Below, piece by piece: positions 9,569-18,443 of a stretch of DNA of 32,088 bases. Origin of the DNA: Thermoproteota archaeon. GTDB lineage: Archaea; Korarchaeota; Korarchaeia; Korarchaeales; Korarchaeaceae. A model generated the notes under the pieces. The model did no database searches, was not told the DNA's origin, and saw only the letters and a list, made by a program, of their open reading frames with translations. Numbering within the stretch: the stretch's first letter is position 1; every line of letters begins with the position of its first letter. The DNA lies in assembly GCA_027491735.1 (NCBI GenBank), contig JAOZGP010000029.1:1-32088 (forward strand), read 5' to 3'. The translations under genes and the position numbers were made by a program.

Positions 9569-10536
9569 ACGAGATCGATTTCGAGATAATGAAGCTCCTG
9601 AGGAGAAGGCTCGAGCTTGCTGCCAGGATAGGAGAGGAGAAGAGGAGAAGAGGATTGGACGTCCTCGATGAGAGGAGGGAGAGAGAAGTCCTCAGAAGAG
9701 TCGGACCATTCGAGTCCATATTCAAGGAGATAGTAAAGGTCTCCAGAGAGGTCCAGGGAGAGAAGAAGATCTTAGGGATTGTAGGAATGGGTAGGATGGG
9801 CTCTTGGATGGCTAGGCGGCTTAGTCCTTTTGTTGATGTGCTATGTAACGATATAAGGAGGATAAAAGGATACAGAAGTGTTTCTTTGCATGAGATAGCC
9901 AGAAGATGTGATCTCATCATGGTATCAACTCCGAGCGATGTGGCTCCCAGGATCGTGAAGCGCGTTGGCAGGCTGATGAGAGAGGACTCCCTCATCTTCG
10001 ACATAGCCACCGTGAAGGGGGATCTAAAGAGGGAGCTTCTGTCCGTCAGGGGAAGAGCTTGCAGCCTCCACCCCATGTTCGGTCCGATGGCCAGACAGGA
10101 TAGGGAGCAGAGGGTGGTTCTGATGGAGGTGAAGGGGGAATGTGAGGATCTGGTGAGCCTGCTGGAGAGAGCTGGGCTTGTGGTTGAGAGAGGTTCCATG
10201 GATGAACACGATCGCGTGGTGGCCAGGACGATAGGTCTTCCTTATCTGATAGCTCTCTCCCTCCTCAAGATCAGGAGAGATGAGATGAGGATTTACGAGG
10301 GTACTTCCTTCTCCTACCTCATGAACTTATCAAGCGCGCTGGTTTCAGATGATGTAGGGCTCGTGTCGACTATACTCGGGATGAAGGAAATGCCTGAGGC
10401 TGTTAAGGAGTTTGTAGGTGCCATGAGGGGAATCTTGGGCTCTGAGCTCGAAGCCGTGCTAGATGAGCTCAGGGATAAAGTTGATGTAAGTCCCGAGGTA
10501 GCTTATAGAAGAATATATGAGGCTTTGAGTAGATGA
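9526..10536 (+). CDS. tyrA: Bifunctional chorismate mutase (AroQ) / prephenate dehydrogenase
   Basis: N-terminal IRDKIDEID...RR...IGEEK...DERRE; then GIVGMGRMG, DIATVK, HPMFGP, EHDRVVA. Confidence 0.9.
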   Translation: MVVLDEVLRIRDKIDEIDFEIMKLLRRRLELAARIGEEKRRRGLDVLDERREREVLRRVGPFESIFKEIVKVSREVQGEKKILGIVGMGRMGSWMARRLSPFVDVLCNDIRRIKGYRSVSLHEIARRCDLIMVSTPSDVAPRIVKRVGRLMREDSLIFDIATVKGDLKRELLSVRGRACSLHPMFGPMARQDREQRVVLMEVKGECEDLVSLLERAGLVVERGSMDEHDRVVARTIGLPYLIALSLLKIRRDEMRIYEGTSFSYLMNLSSALVSDDVGLVSTILGMKEMPEAVKEFVGAMRGILGSELEAVLDELRDKVDVSPEVAYRRIYEALSR

Positions 10537-10590
10537 TCGCTCCAGCGAGTCTTCCACGTGAACAGATCACCAGACTCAAGCCTTGATGCT

Positions 10591-10620
10591 ATCCCCCTCA
10601 CTTCAGTGAGGGGCTTTCTT
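10591..10620. mobile_element. IS200/IS605-type terminal hairpin remnant (could also act as a terminator)
   Basis: CCCCTCAC-TTCA-GTGAGGGG (10594-10613) followed by CTTTC; resembles archaeal IS200/605 end hairpins and lies where hicB is truncated. Confidence 0.45.
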
Positions 10621-10631
10621 AGCGACCTTTT

Positions 10632-10730
10632 GTAAAGTCTGTGATAAAATTCCACATAGAGACTTTCGGCGAGGAAGCCTTAGAAACAGATGAGGTGGTT
10701 GAAACTTTTATTGTAGAGGTGGCAATATAA
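10632..10730 (+). pseudogene. hicB: 5'-truncated HicB-family antitoxin remnant
   Basis: Reads VKSVIKFHIETFGEEALETDEVVETFIVEVAI*, like the HicB C-terminus (VKSAIxFHIETFG); N-terminal half missing. Confidence 0.7.
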
Positions 10731-10830
10731 ATGAAATTTCCAAGAGATGCGAGCGTAAGGTCATAAAAGCATTGGAGAACCTTGTTTCAAAACCGTCAGG
10801 GTTGGAGATTACATATCAATGGTAGGAGAG
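10731..10830 (+). pseudogene. hicA: Frameshifted, truncated HicA-family toxin remnant
   Basis: ATG directly after the hicB TAA; MKFPRDA / RKVIKALENL / FKTVRVGDYISMV with two frameshifts, like HicA (FPxDAPKxRVIKALExLGFxxVRxxxHIxM). Confidence 0.7.
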
Positions 10831-10909
10831 ATCCTCCGAGTCTATCTTGAGAGAGGTCTTGACGAAGGCCCTTCTGAGAACTTCCTCGCCAACCCCCGAG
10901 ATTGCCTTG

Positions 10910-11035
10910 TGAAACTGTTAAATATTTGATAGACAAAAATAGACATTGATAGGCATGAGGAGACTATACACAATGAAGGAAGCTTCGAAGCTACTGGAAG
11001 TACTGTTAGGACAATCCAAAGACAAGGATAAAGCG
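10910..11035 (+). mobile_element. IS607-family left end and degenerate tnpA (serine recombinase, MerR-HTH) 5' fragment
   Basis: ATG 10955: MRRLYTMKEASKLL(E)V / TVRTIQR..DK matches the IS607 TnpA N-terminus. Upstream are three 10-bp-periodic repeats GATAGACAAA/AATAGACATT/GATAGGCATG (10928-10957). Confidence 0.65.
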
Positions 11036-11188
11036 ATTAATAATTAGAAATAACAAGCCAGCATCTCTGTGTGATTGCTGTCGGGATCACATCTCCGCCA
11101 CTGTTGCGCTGAGGAGATGTGGAATATGTGTCGCTGCCTCTCGAGCCCAATGCTTTTTTTAAGTAGGTGATTGCCAGATCCCAGTACC

Positions 11189-12130
11189 ATGAGGTTCCTG
11201 GCAGCAGGAAACATATCCATAGATCTGATACACACGGAGGCTGGTACCGAGAGGAGGGTAGCGGGCTCCTCTATCTACGCCGCTGTGGTGGCGCGAAGAC
11301 TGGGGGCAGAGCCATATGTGGTGGCCAGGTGCGGGAGAGATGTGGAGCTCGATCATCTCAGACTGCTTGTTGGGAATTCCCTCTCCGGGGTGGTTATGAG
11401 TGAGAGCACAACCTCTTTCGAGCTCATTTACATGGGAGAGGACAGAGTGCTTAGGCTTCTCTCCAGATCGGAGGAGATACCTCCAAGATCACTGGACAAC
11501 ATTCCGAACTGTGAGGTTGGGCTCGCCTCCCCGATATATCACGAGATACCTCTGGACACTATGCGGGAGATCAGGAGGAAGTGTGGGTTCCTCGGACTCG
11601 ACCCTCAGGGATGCATAAGGTTATCGAGAGGGGACGGTACCATAGAGTTCAGGCCAGCTGAGAACCTGGATGAGTACATCCTACTGTCAGATCTGGTATC
11701 CACGAGCAGACCAGAAATACGCTACCTCTCCGGAAGAGATGGCATTGAGGGTCTGAGATCTCTGCTGGACAGAGGAGCTCCGATGGTCCTCCTGACTAGA
11801 GAGGGTGGGTCCGATAGGTATATCTTGATCACAGAGGACCTCACTCTGGAGGCTTCCGCAATACCACCTGCCAGGATGGTGGATCCTGGAGGAGCCGGTG
11901 ATGCATCAACAGCAGCATTTTTGGTGGAGTACTCAAGAACCAAGGACCCCCTCTGGTCTCTATGGATGGCGAGTTCTGTCTCAAGCTTTGTGTACGAGGA
12001 GTTCGGTGTGAGTGGAGCAGCTACTCGAGAGAAGGTCATCGAAAGGTTGCGTGAATTTTTATTAAGGAATAGACCGGACCTCTACCGTAGATTCAGGGAG
12101 AGACTGGAGGAGATCTCTTATGAAGCCTAA
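11189..12130 (+). CDS. PfkB/ribokinase-family carbohydrate or nucleoside kinase
   Basis: AGNISID, AGSSIYAA, LDPQG, VDPGGAGDA. TTTTTTTAAG at 11154-11163 favours ATG 11189 over TTG 11171. Confidence 0.85.
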   Translation: MRFLAAGNISIDLIHTEAGTERRVAGSSIYAAVVARRLGAEPYVVARCGRDVELDHLRLLVGNSLSGVVMSESTTSFELIYMGEDRVLRLLSRSEEIPPRSLDNIPNCEVGLASPIYHEIPLDTMREIRRKCGFLGLDPQGCIRLSRGDGTIEFRPAENLDEYILLSDLVSTSRPEIRYLSGRDGIEGLRSLLDRGAPMVLLTREGGSDRYILITEDLTLEASAIPPARMVDPGGAGDASTAAFLVEYSRTKDPLWSLWMASSVSSFVYEEFGVSGAATREKVIERLREFLLRNRPDLYRRFRERLEEISYEA

Positions 12131-14465
12131 GATCACTGAAAAGCATTGGACTCCTGATTTGGAACTGGAGGTTCAGAAGATTTGGGAAGAAGAGGACCTC
12201 TACAGGTTTGACCCGGACAGCGATAAGGTCTTCTCCATCGACACGCCTCCCCCATACGCCAGCGGGAGATGGCACGTCGGAGCAGCGATCCATTACTCTC
12301 AGATAGACATGATAGCTAGGACCATGAGGATGTTCGGTTACAGCGTCTACTTTCCATTTGGAGTAGATAGGAACGGTCTGCCCGTTGAGGTGGAGGTGGA
12401 GAAGAGGTATAAAATCAGAATGTGGGAGCACCCGAGGGAGAAGTTCATAGAGCTCTGCAAGAAGTTCTTGGATGAGGCTGAGAACGATATAGTGAGGATC
12501 TCCAGGAGGCTCGGCATGAGCGCTGACTTCAAAAACCTCTTCAGGACCGATAGCGATCTCTGGAGAGCCCAAACGCAGAGAACCATAATAGAGGCCTTTA
12601 AGAAGGGTCTCGTCTACGAGGACTACAGACCGAACAACTACTGTCCGAGGTGTAAGACCACACTAGCAGACGCCGAGGTCGAGCATAAGAGGTTGAGGGG
12701 AAAACTAGTCTACTTGAAGTTCAGAGAGAAGGAGTGCGGAGAGAAATATCTCATAGCCACCACGAGACCTGAGCTCCTGCCTGCTTGTGCTGCTGTGATA
12801 TACAATCCAGAGGACGAGAGGTATAGAGAGCTGAGAGGAAAGGTTCTGGTGACACCCTTAGGTGATGAAGTCGGGGTCCTAGAGCATCCAGCAGCGAAGC
12901 CAGAATTTGGCACCGGCTTGATGATGGTCTGCTCGTATGGAGATGCGGTGGACGTGATGTTGTTCAGAGAGCTCAAGCTCGATCCTAAGGTCATAGTTGA
13001 TGAGAACGGGAGGCTCAATGAGAGAGCCGGAAAGTATAAAGGCCTTACAGTGGAGGAAGCCAGGGAGAGGATCATAGAGGACCTGAGGAGGGAAGGATAC
13101 GTTGAGAGGGTGGAGGAGATAAAGCACGACACACCTGTCTGCTGGAGATGTAAGACTCCCGTAGAGATCGTGCCGATGCATGAGTTCTACCTGAGGCAGA
13201 AGGAATACGTGGACGGGCTTAGGAAAACAGTACTTGAGGAGGCTAAGTTCTATCCGGACTGGGCTGTCAACTACTGGCTCAATTGGCTGCGATCCATAGA
13301 GACCGATTGGCCCATCTCCAGGAGGAGGTACTACGCCACGGAGATACCTGTCTGGTACTGTAGATCCTGTGGAAAGATGGTTCTGCCCAAGCCAGGAAGA
13401 TATTACAGACCATGGAAAGAAGATCCTCCGCTCAACAGGTGCCCACACTGCGGCTCCACTGAGGGATTTATTGGGGAGACAAGGGTCTTTGACACCTGGG
13501 TAGATTCCAGCATATCACCGCTGGTCTACAACGGTTACGGATGGAATGATGAGCTCTTCAAGAGACTGGGACCTAGCGACCTGAGGCCCCAAGGCAAGGA
13601 CATAGTGAGGACCTGGCTCCACTACACCCTGCTCAGGGTTTACCTATTGCTCGGGAGATCCGCTTTCAAGCACATATGGATCTCGGGAATGGGACTTGAT
13701 GAGAAGGGAAGGGCAATGCACAAGAGCCTGGGTAACGTGATATACCCATGGCCGCTTTTCGAGAAGTTTGGAGCTGATGCTGTGAGGCTTGCTGGTGCGT
13801 CTGAGGCTCACCACGGATCTGACTTCAGGATTTCTGAGGAGAGAATAGGTGGTTGCTTCAAATTTCTTCAGAAGCTTTGGAATGTGGCTAGATTCGTTTC
13901 CATGCTTCCGTTTCCTAGCGAAGAGCCAAAGCTAACTCCCACAGATCTCTGGATTTTGGGCGAGCTGAATGACCTCATAAGAAGGTCGGAGGAGGGATAC
14001 AGATCCTTCGACTTCTTCAATCCGGCAACCCTGTCCAGAAGGTTCGTGTGGGAGATCCTTGCCCCTCATTATCTGGAGATGGTCAAGTGGAGGGCCTACG
14101 GAAATGGAGATGAGGAGGAGGTCAAGGCCGCCAGGTGGACGTTACACACAGTCCTCAGAGCAGTTTTAAGGCTCCTGGCTCCGATAATACCTCATATAAC
14201 TGACTACATATGGAGAGCTGTCTACGGCGGATCAGTTCACAGAGGGAAGTTTCCCAGGCCCAACGAGAGATGGGATACCGAGTACGCCAGGTTCACCGGG
14301 AGGATAATGGCGTTCAACAGCACAGTTTGGAAGATCAAGAAGGAGAGAGGAATACCATTCTCTCAGGGAATAGAGGTTAAGATACCTGAAGAGCTTAAAC
14401 CCTTCGAGAAGGATCTCAGGGCTCTACACAAGATCTCCCAGTCTCCCAGCTATTTTTATCGCTAA
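12120..14465 (+). CDS. valS: Valine--tRNA ligase (archaeal type)
   Basis: SIDTPPPYASG-W-HVGA, GVDRNGLPVE, TTLADAEV, ATTRPE, FGTG, DWPISRRRYYATEIP, DTWVDSS, QGKDI, AMHKSLGN. Confidence 0.93.
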   Translation: MKPKITEKHWTPDLELEVQKIWEEEDLYRFDPDSDKVFSIDTPPPYASGRWHVGAAIHYSQIDMIARTMRMFGYSVYFPFGVDRNGLPVEVEVEKRYKIRMWEHPREKFIELCKKFLDEAENDIVRISRRLGMSADFKNLFRTDSDLWRAQTQRTIIEAFKKGLVYEDYRPNNYCPRCKTTLADAEVEHKRLRGKLVYLKFREKECGEKYLIATTRPELLPACAAVIYNPEDERYRELRGKVLVTPLGDEVGVLEHPAAKPEFGTGLMMVCSYGDAVDVMLFRELKLDPKVIVDENGRLNERAGKYKGLTVEEARERIIEDLRREGYVERVEEIKHDTPVCWRCKTPVEIVPMHEFYLRQKEYVDGLRKTVLEEAKFYPDWAVNYWLNWLRSIETDWPISRRRYYATEIPVWYCRSCGKMVLPKPGRYYRPWKEDPPLNRCPHCGSTEGFIGETRVFDTWVDSSISPLVYNGYGWNDELFKRLGPSDLRPQGKDIVRTWLHYTLLRVYLLLGRSAFKHIWISGMGLDEKGRAMHKSLGNVIYPWPLFEKFGADAVRLAGASEAHHGSDFRISEERIGGCFKFLQKLWNVARFVSMLPFPSEEPKLTPTDLWILGELNDLIRRSEEGYRSFDFFNPATLSRRFVWEILAPHYLEMVKWRAYGNGDEEEVKAARWTLHTVLRAVLRLLAPIIPHITDYIWRAVYGGSVHRGKFPRPNERWDTEYARFTGRIMAFNSTVWKIKKERGIPFSQGIEVKIPEELKPFEKDLRALHKISQSPSYFYR

Positions 14466-15347
14466 CCGAACCGCTTCCACAGCGCTTCTCCCTAGAACAT
14501 ATATCGCTGGCTCTACACCGAACTCGCCCGGATCAATGAGGACATCCGGCTTCTCGCCCCTACATATCCTTTCCACCTCTTCCAGGAGCTCCTTCTCTCT
14601 TACCTCAGGACTTTTCTTACCAGGAGCCCTTCTTATCCTCCCATACTTGAGACCCATACCCTCGAGAACTCTTTCAAGCCCGTCTGCGTACCTGAGGTTC
14701 ACGATCGCCCTGACCTTCGGGTGAGAGTTCATGACCTTCTCGAGGACTATGCCGTTATGCTGGCTGGCTCCAAGCTCGGGTCCGGAGAAGGCCCTAAGCC
14801 CTCCTCTGTACTTCACTATCCTTCCAGGAACACCTAAGATCTCCTTTAATTCACCGTTAGATGATCTAGCCAGGTTTATTCCGACCTCAGGATATATCTT
14901 CATGAGGATTGGAGCGTTGTCCTCTATCATTCTCATCGCCGAGATCATGTCGGAGAAAGCGTCCTCCTTCATGGTGAGGGGGGCCTCAACGATCTTACAC
15001 ACAGTGCATCTTGAGGAGAGGACGCCATACACCTTCATGTGTGTTGAGCAGAGATTTCCGTGTATCTTCAGGAATTTACACGTTCTGCAGAATCTTTCGA
15101 TGATCTCCTCAGCGTTCTTCTCTGATCTTATAGCTGAAAAAATCTCCTGTGCGAGCAGTTCAGCCTCCCTGCTTAGCTCCCCCATAGGATCAGGTGATGA
15201 AATGAGCTCAGAGACCATGGGTTGAGATACCCCTAGAAGCCTGCCTATATCCTTCTGAGTCCACCCGTATGAGGAGAGCTTCTTCACTAGCTTGATCCTG
15301 AACCTAGGAATCAGCTCCCTCAGGACGACCTCACAGGGGGGTCTCAC
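14424..15347 (-). CDS. ThiR-like regulator: HTH plus ThiN-like thiamine-phosphate-binding domain
   Basis: RPPCE...WTQKDIGRLLGVSQPMVS (HTH), Cys/His linker, PEVGINLA, GVPGRI, PELGASQH, NLRY, DPGEFGVEP. GTG 15347 overlaps the HAD stop. Confidence 0.8.
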   Translation of the reverse strand: MRPPCEVVLRELIPRFRIKLVKKLSSYGWTQKDIGRLLGVSQPMVSELISSPDPMGELSREAELLAQEIFSAIRSEKNAEEIIERFCRTCKFLKIHGNLCSTHMKVYGVLSSRCTVCKIVEAPLTMKEDAFSDMISAMRMIEDNAPILMKIYPEVGINLARSSNGELKEILGVPGRIVKYRGGLRAFSGPELGASQHNGIVLEKVMNSHPKVRAIVNLRYADGLERVLEGMGLKYGRIRRAPGKKSPEVREKELLEEVERICRGEKPDVLIDPGEFGVEPAIYVLGRSAVEAVRLAIKIAGRLGDLV

Positions 15348-15982
15348 CTTATCACCTTTGGGAGCTCCCATATCCCTTCTATTATCTCCTCAGCCCCATT
15401 CAGGAGGAGCCTTTCCTTGGGTTCGAGGCCTGTGAGCACAGCTATCCTCCTGACACCTAGCTCTCTAGCTGAGCGCATGTCCATCCAGTAGTCAGCTATG
15501 AAGATCACTTCATCTGGAGAGACGGAGAACTTCCTCATGACGTGTTCTATCATCCCTTTTTTGGACCATAAGAAATCTTCGTTTTTTATCTGAGCAAAAG
15601 AGCATGCGTAGTCCACGTACTTATCAATCCCGAAAGCTCTGAGCTCGTCCCAGAGCTCCTCTTCCGAGCACTCCCTTCCAGTAATGATCACGATCCTGAA
15701 ACCTCTCTCCTTCAGATATCTCAGGACATCATGGACACCCTCGTAAAGTCTATCCTTTTGATGTCTTCTGGAGCAATGCATTCTGCGAAACTCCCTCCAG
15801 AACTCCTCAACATCGATGCAGTCTGGTACATACTTGTCGAGCTCATCTGCTGAGTAGGACTCGACAAACTCCTTCCAATCGAGCTCTCTGAGACCATGTC
15901 GCTTGAGCAGTTCATTGAAGCATACATGGAACCTATGAAGGGTGTCCACCAGCGTCTGATCCAGATCGAATATGACCATCAT
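15344..15982 (-). CDS. HAD-superfamily hydrolase (phosphoglycolate phosphatase-like)
   Basis: IFDLDQTLVDT, IITGR, K, FIADYWMD. Likely start is ATG near 15982, not 16102. Confidence 0.88.
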   Translation of the reverse strand: MMVIFDLDQTLVDTLHRFHVCFNELLKRHGLRELDWKEFVESYSADELDKYVPDCIDVEEFWREFRRMHCSRRHQKDRLYEGVHDVLRYLKERGFRIVIITGRECSEEELWDELRAFGIDKYVDYACSFAQIKNEDFLWSKKGMIEHVMRKFSVSPDEVIFIADYWMDMRSARELGVRRIAVLTGLEPKERLLLNGAEEIIEGIWELPKVIR

Positions 15983-16033
15983 CGTGATACTCAGGAAGCA
16001 CCACTTTAAAATGATCATCCAGTCGATTGCAGG

Positions 16034-16660
16034 ATGGACTTCGGACAAGTTCTGAGCAGGATCGTCGGGCTCAGGTGCCTGACCAGGGTTGGATGGGAGC
16101 AATCCGGTGTGCCCCCAGCGCTAGCTGAGAACGTCGCTGAACATTCTTTCTTAGCCGCTTCCATATCCCTGCTCTTATGCACACGACTCAGATCTCTCGG
16201 AGCTTGTGTCGACATGGGTAGATGCCTCGCTATGGTCTTGATGCATGACTGGCCCGAGGCGGTGACGGGAGATATACCGCTCTGGACCTCTGTGAGGATG
16301 AGACCTGGTGAGAAAAGCTTCCTGGAGAAGGAGGCTCTGTCCGAGATGGGGATCAATTCGCTCGTAGATCTCCTGGAGGAGTTCAACGAGAGGTCTACGA
16401 TGGAGAGCAATGTTGCACGGATCTCAGATCTTATAGCAACTGCTGTCCAAGCTGAGGAGTATGCTCGTTCAGGGTTCAGAAGAGCAGTTGATGTGGGAAG
16501 GGAATGTCTGAGGAGGGCTTTTGAGATCTCCAACAGGGATGACTCTCTAGCGATCGCCATCAAGGAGCTCGCATCAGGCCTCACATTTACTAAAGAGATA
16601 GGCTCCCGTGAAGATCGTGAAGCAGGTGACACCAAGGATCACCAGAAGGTCGATCCATAG
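16034..16660 (+). CDS. HD-domain hydrolase (YfbR/5'-deoxynucleotidase-like)
   Basis: RVGW, ENVAEHSF, MHDWPEAVTGDIP, E..A, SDL. Confidence 0.88.
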   Translation: MDFGQVLSRIVGLRCLTRVGWEQSGVPPALAENVAEHSFLAASISLLLCTRLRSLGACVDMGRCLAMVLMHDWPEAVTGDIPLWTSVRMRPGEKSFLEKEALSEMGINSLVDLLEEFNERSTMESNVARISDLIATAVQAEEYARSGFRRAVDVGRECLRRAFEISNRDDSLAIAIKELASGLTFTKEIGSREDREAGDTKDHQKVDP

Positions 16661-17335
16661 GGAGATGTAGCCCACTCCTATAAGGACCTGCCTGACGGCA
16701 TCCACCTCGTAAGTGACAGGATTTGCATATATCACGAGCTTAAAAGCCTCTGGTATTCCCTCAAGAGGGAAGAACGCTGTGGAGAGAAACATGGCTGGCA
16801 TTATCAGGAGGTTCATTATGAGGGAGAAACCGTGAACATCCTCCATGCGAGATGCTGCGGCCAATCCAAAGCCCACCCATGAAAAGGCCACGAGGATCGT
16901 CAGGAGCACACAGGCTGCCGCACTGAGAGCTGAGATCCTTACCCCCAGAGCGACGCTTGCCGCCAAAATTATAAATCCTTGAATTAAAGCTATTGTGCTG
17001 CCTCCGAGCGTCTTGCCTACTACTATTGATATCCTCCTGACGGGAGCCACGAGGACCTCCTTGAGAAAGCCGAACTGTCTGTCCCAGAGGACGGAGATCC
17101 CCGCAAACATTGATGAGAAGACAACACTCATGACGATCATTCCTGGAGCCAGGAACTCCAAGTAGCTCACCGTTGTGGGTATACCAACGAATCTAGCTCC
17201 CCTGAATCCGAATCCAAAGGCTGCTAGAAACAGTAGTGGTTGAAAGATGTTCCCCACAAGCCTGCTCTTGGCTCTGATGAACCTCTTCACCTGCCTCAGC
17301 CACATCACGTAGATGGCCTGGACGTCGGATCTCAT
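16574..17335 (-). CDS. ABC-2 type exporter permease (DrrB-like)
   Basis: YLEFLAPG, WDRQFGFLKEVLVAPV, GKTLGG, FLSTAFFP, NPVTYEVDAVR. Confidence 0.92.
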   Translation of the reverse strand: MRSDVQAIYVMWLRQVKRFIRAKSRLVGNIFQPLLFLAAFGFGFRGARFVGIPTTVSYLEFLAPGMIVMSVVFSSMFAGISVLWDRQFGFLKEVLVAPVRRISIVVGKTLGGSTIALIQGFIILAASVALGVRISALSAAACVLLTILVAFSWVGFGLAAASRMEDVHGFSLIMNLLIMPAMFLSTAFFPLEGIPEAFKLVIYANPVTYEVDAVRQVLIGVGYISLWIDLLVILGVTCFTIFTGAYLFSKCEA

Positions 17336-18321
17336 GACAGACGCCTCCCTCTCAACATCCTCACGTGCTCGACAGGTCCGGCCTCATCATCTCTCATCTT
17401 GCGGCCGGTGTAGTATATGTAAACGTCCTCCAAGCTTGGTTTCTTCATTTTTATGCTCTCGATCTCCACTCCGACCTCCTGAGCTACTTTGAATATGAGA
17501 GGGATCCTCTTCTCGCTGAAACTTGTATAAATTGCCAGCTCCTCACCGACCTTTACTTCGCTGACCCATCCTTCGGATTTAAGGTTTTCCGCCAATCTGA
17601 GATCATTGCTCGACCTCACATATATGACGTCACGCCCGACAACGTCCTTGAGATTTGATGGTTTGTCTAGAGCTATCGTTCTCCCGTGATCTATTATGGC
17701 AACACGATCACAGAGCTTGTCCGCCTCCTCTATGTAATGTGTGGTGAGAAATATTGTCATTCCCTCCTCCTTGTTCAGCTTCCTTATGTACTGCCATATC
17801 GCCCTTCTGGTCTGAGCATCGAGACCTAGCGTAGGCTCGTCTAGAAAGAGGACCTTGGGGTAGTGCATGAGCCCTCTTGCTATCTCGAGCCTCCTCCTCA
17901 TGCCACCCGAGTACTTCTTTACGAGATCATCGGCCCTATCGGTAAGTTCTACAAGCTCCAGAACCTCCTCTATTCTTCTCCTCCTCACATCACTGCTCAG
18001 ACCGTAAAGCCTGGCGTGGTAATCCAGGTTCTCCCTTCCGGTCAGTTCGGTGTCCAAGGCGGGATCCTGAAAGACTATTCCTATGGACTTCCTGACCTCA
18101 TGCGCCTTCTTCATAACATCATAGCCGCAGACCTTGGCCTCGCCTTCCGTTGGTTTGAGAAGGGTCACAAGAATCTTTATCGTGGTCGTCTTGCCCGCAC
18201 CGTTAGGACCCAGGAAGCCGAAGACCTCCCCTTCCTCAACCTCAAAGTTCATATGATCAACCGCCAGAACACCACCTTCGTAGACCTTGGTCAGATTCCT
18301 GGCCTCGACAACGAAGCCCAT
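17332..18321 (-). CDS. ABC exporter ATP-binding protein (DrrA-like)
   Basis: GPNGAGKTT, YSGGMRRRLEIARGL, LFLDEPT, TTHY, PSLEDVY. Confidence 0.95.
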   Translation of the reverse strand: MGFVVEARNLTKVYEGGVLAVDHMNFEVEEGEVFGFLGPNGAGKTTTIKILVTLLKPTEGEAKVCGYDVMKKAHEVRKSIGIVFQDPALDTELTGRENLDYHARLYGLSSDVRRRRIEEVLELVELTDRADDLVKKYSGGMRRRLEIARGLMHYPKVLFLDEPTLGLDAQTRRAIWQYIRKLNKEEGMTIFLTTHYIEEADKLCDRVAIIDHGRTIALDKPSNLKDVVGRDVIYVRSSNDLRLAENLKSEGWVSEVKVGEELAIYTSFSEKRIPLIFKVAQEVGVEIESIKMKKPSLEDVYIYYTGRKMRDDEAGPVEHVRMLRGRRLS

Positions 18322-18443
18322 TGGAGATCTCTATATCGACAATGCCTGGATATTTAAGCTCATGGGTTTCTCGGAGTGAACCATATGGCATGATCGTGAG
18401 TCTTCTGTCTTCTTTTTTTAAAAAAATGGGGCTCTGAGCTCGT

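Noticed and set aside
607-10209. Many minus-strand ORFs across the membrane-protein gene and aro operon (e.g. 9360-10199, 279 aa)
   Set aside because: Antisense shadows of motif-rich genes; Ser/Leu/Pro-rich with no recognisable motifs.
10831-10900. Minus-strand fragment SGVGEEVLRRAFVKTSLKIDSED
   Set aside because: May be another gene relic, but too short to assign.
15983-16102. Long N-terminal extension of the HAD ORF (and similar extensions of aroF, aroD, aroE, aroA)
   Set aside because: Longest-ORF artefacts; the motifs begin at downstream starts, most of which overlap the preceding stop codon.
16574-16660. Convergent 3' overlaps (also 14424-14465 and 30322-30348)
   Set aside because: Common in compact archaeal genomes; no sign of special function.
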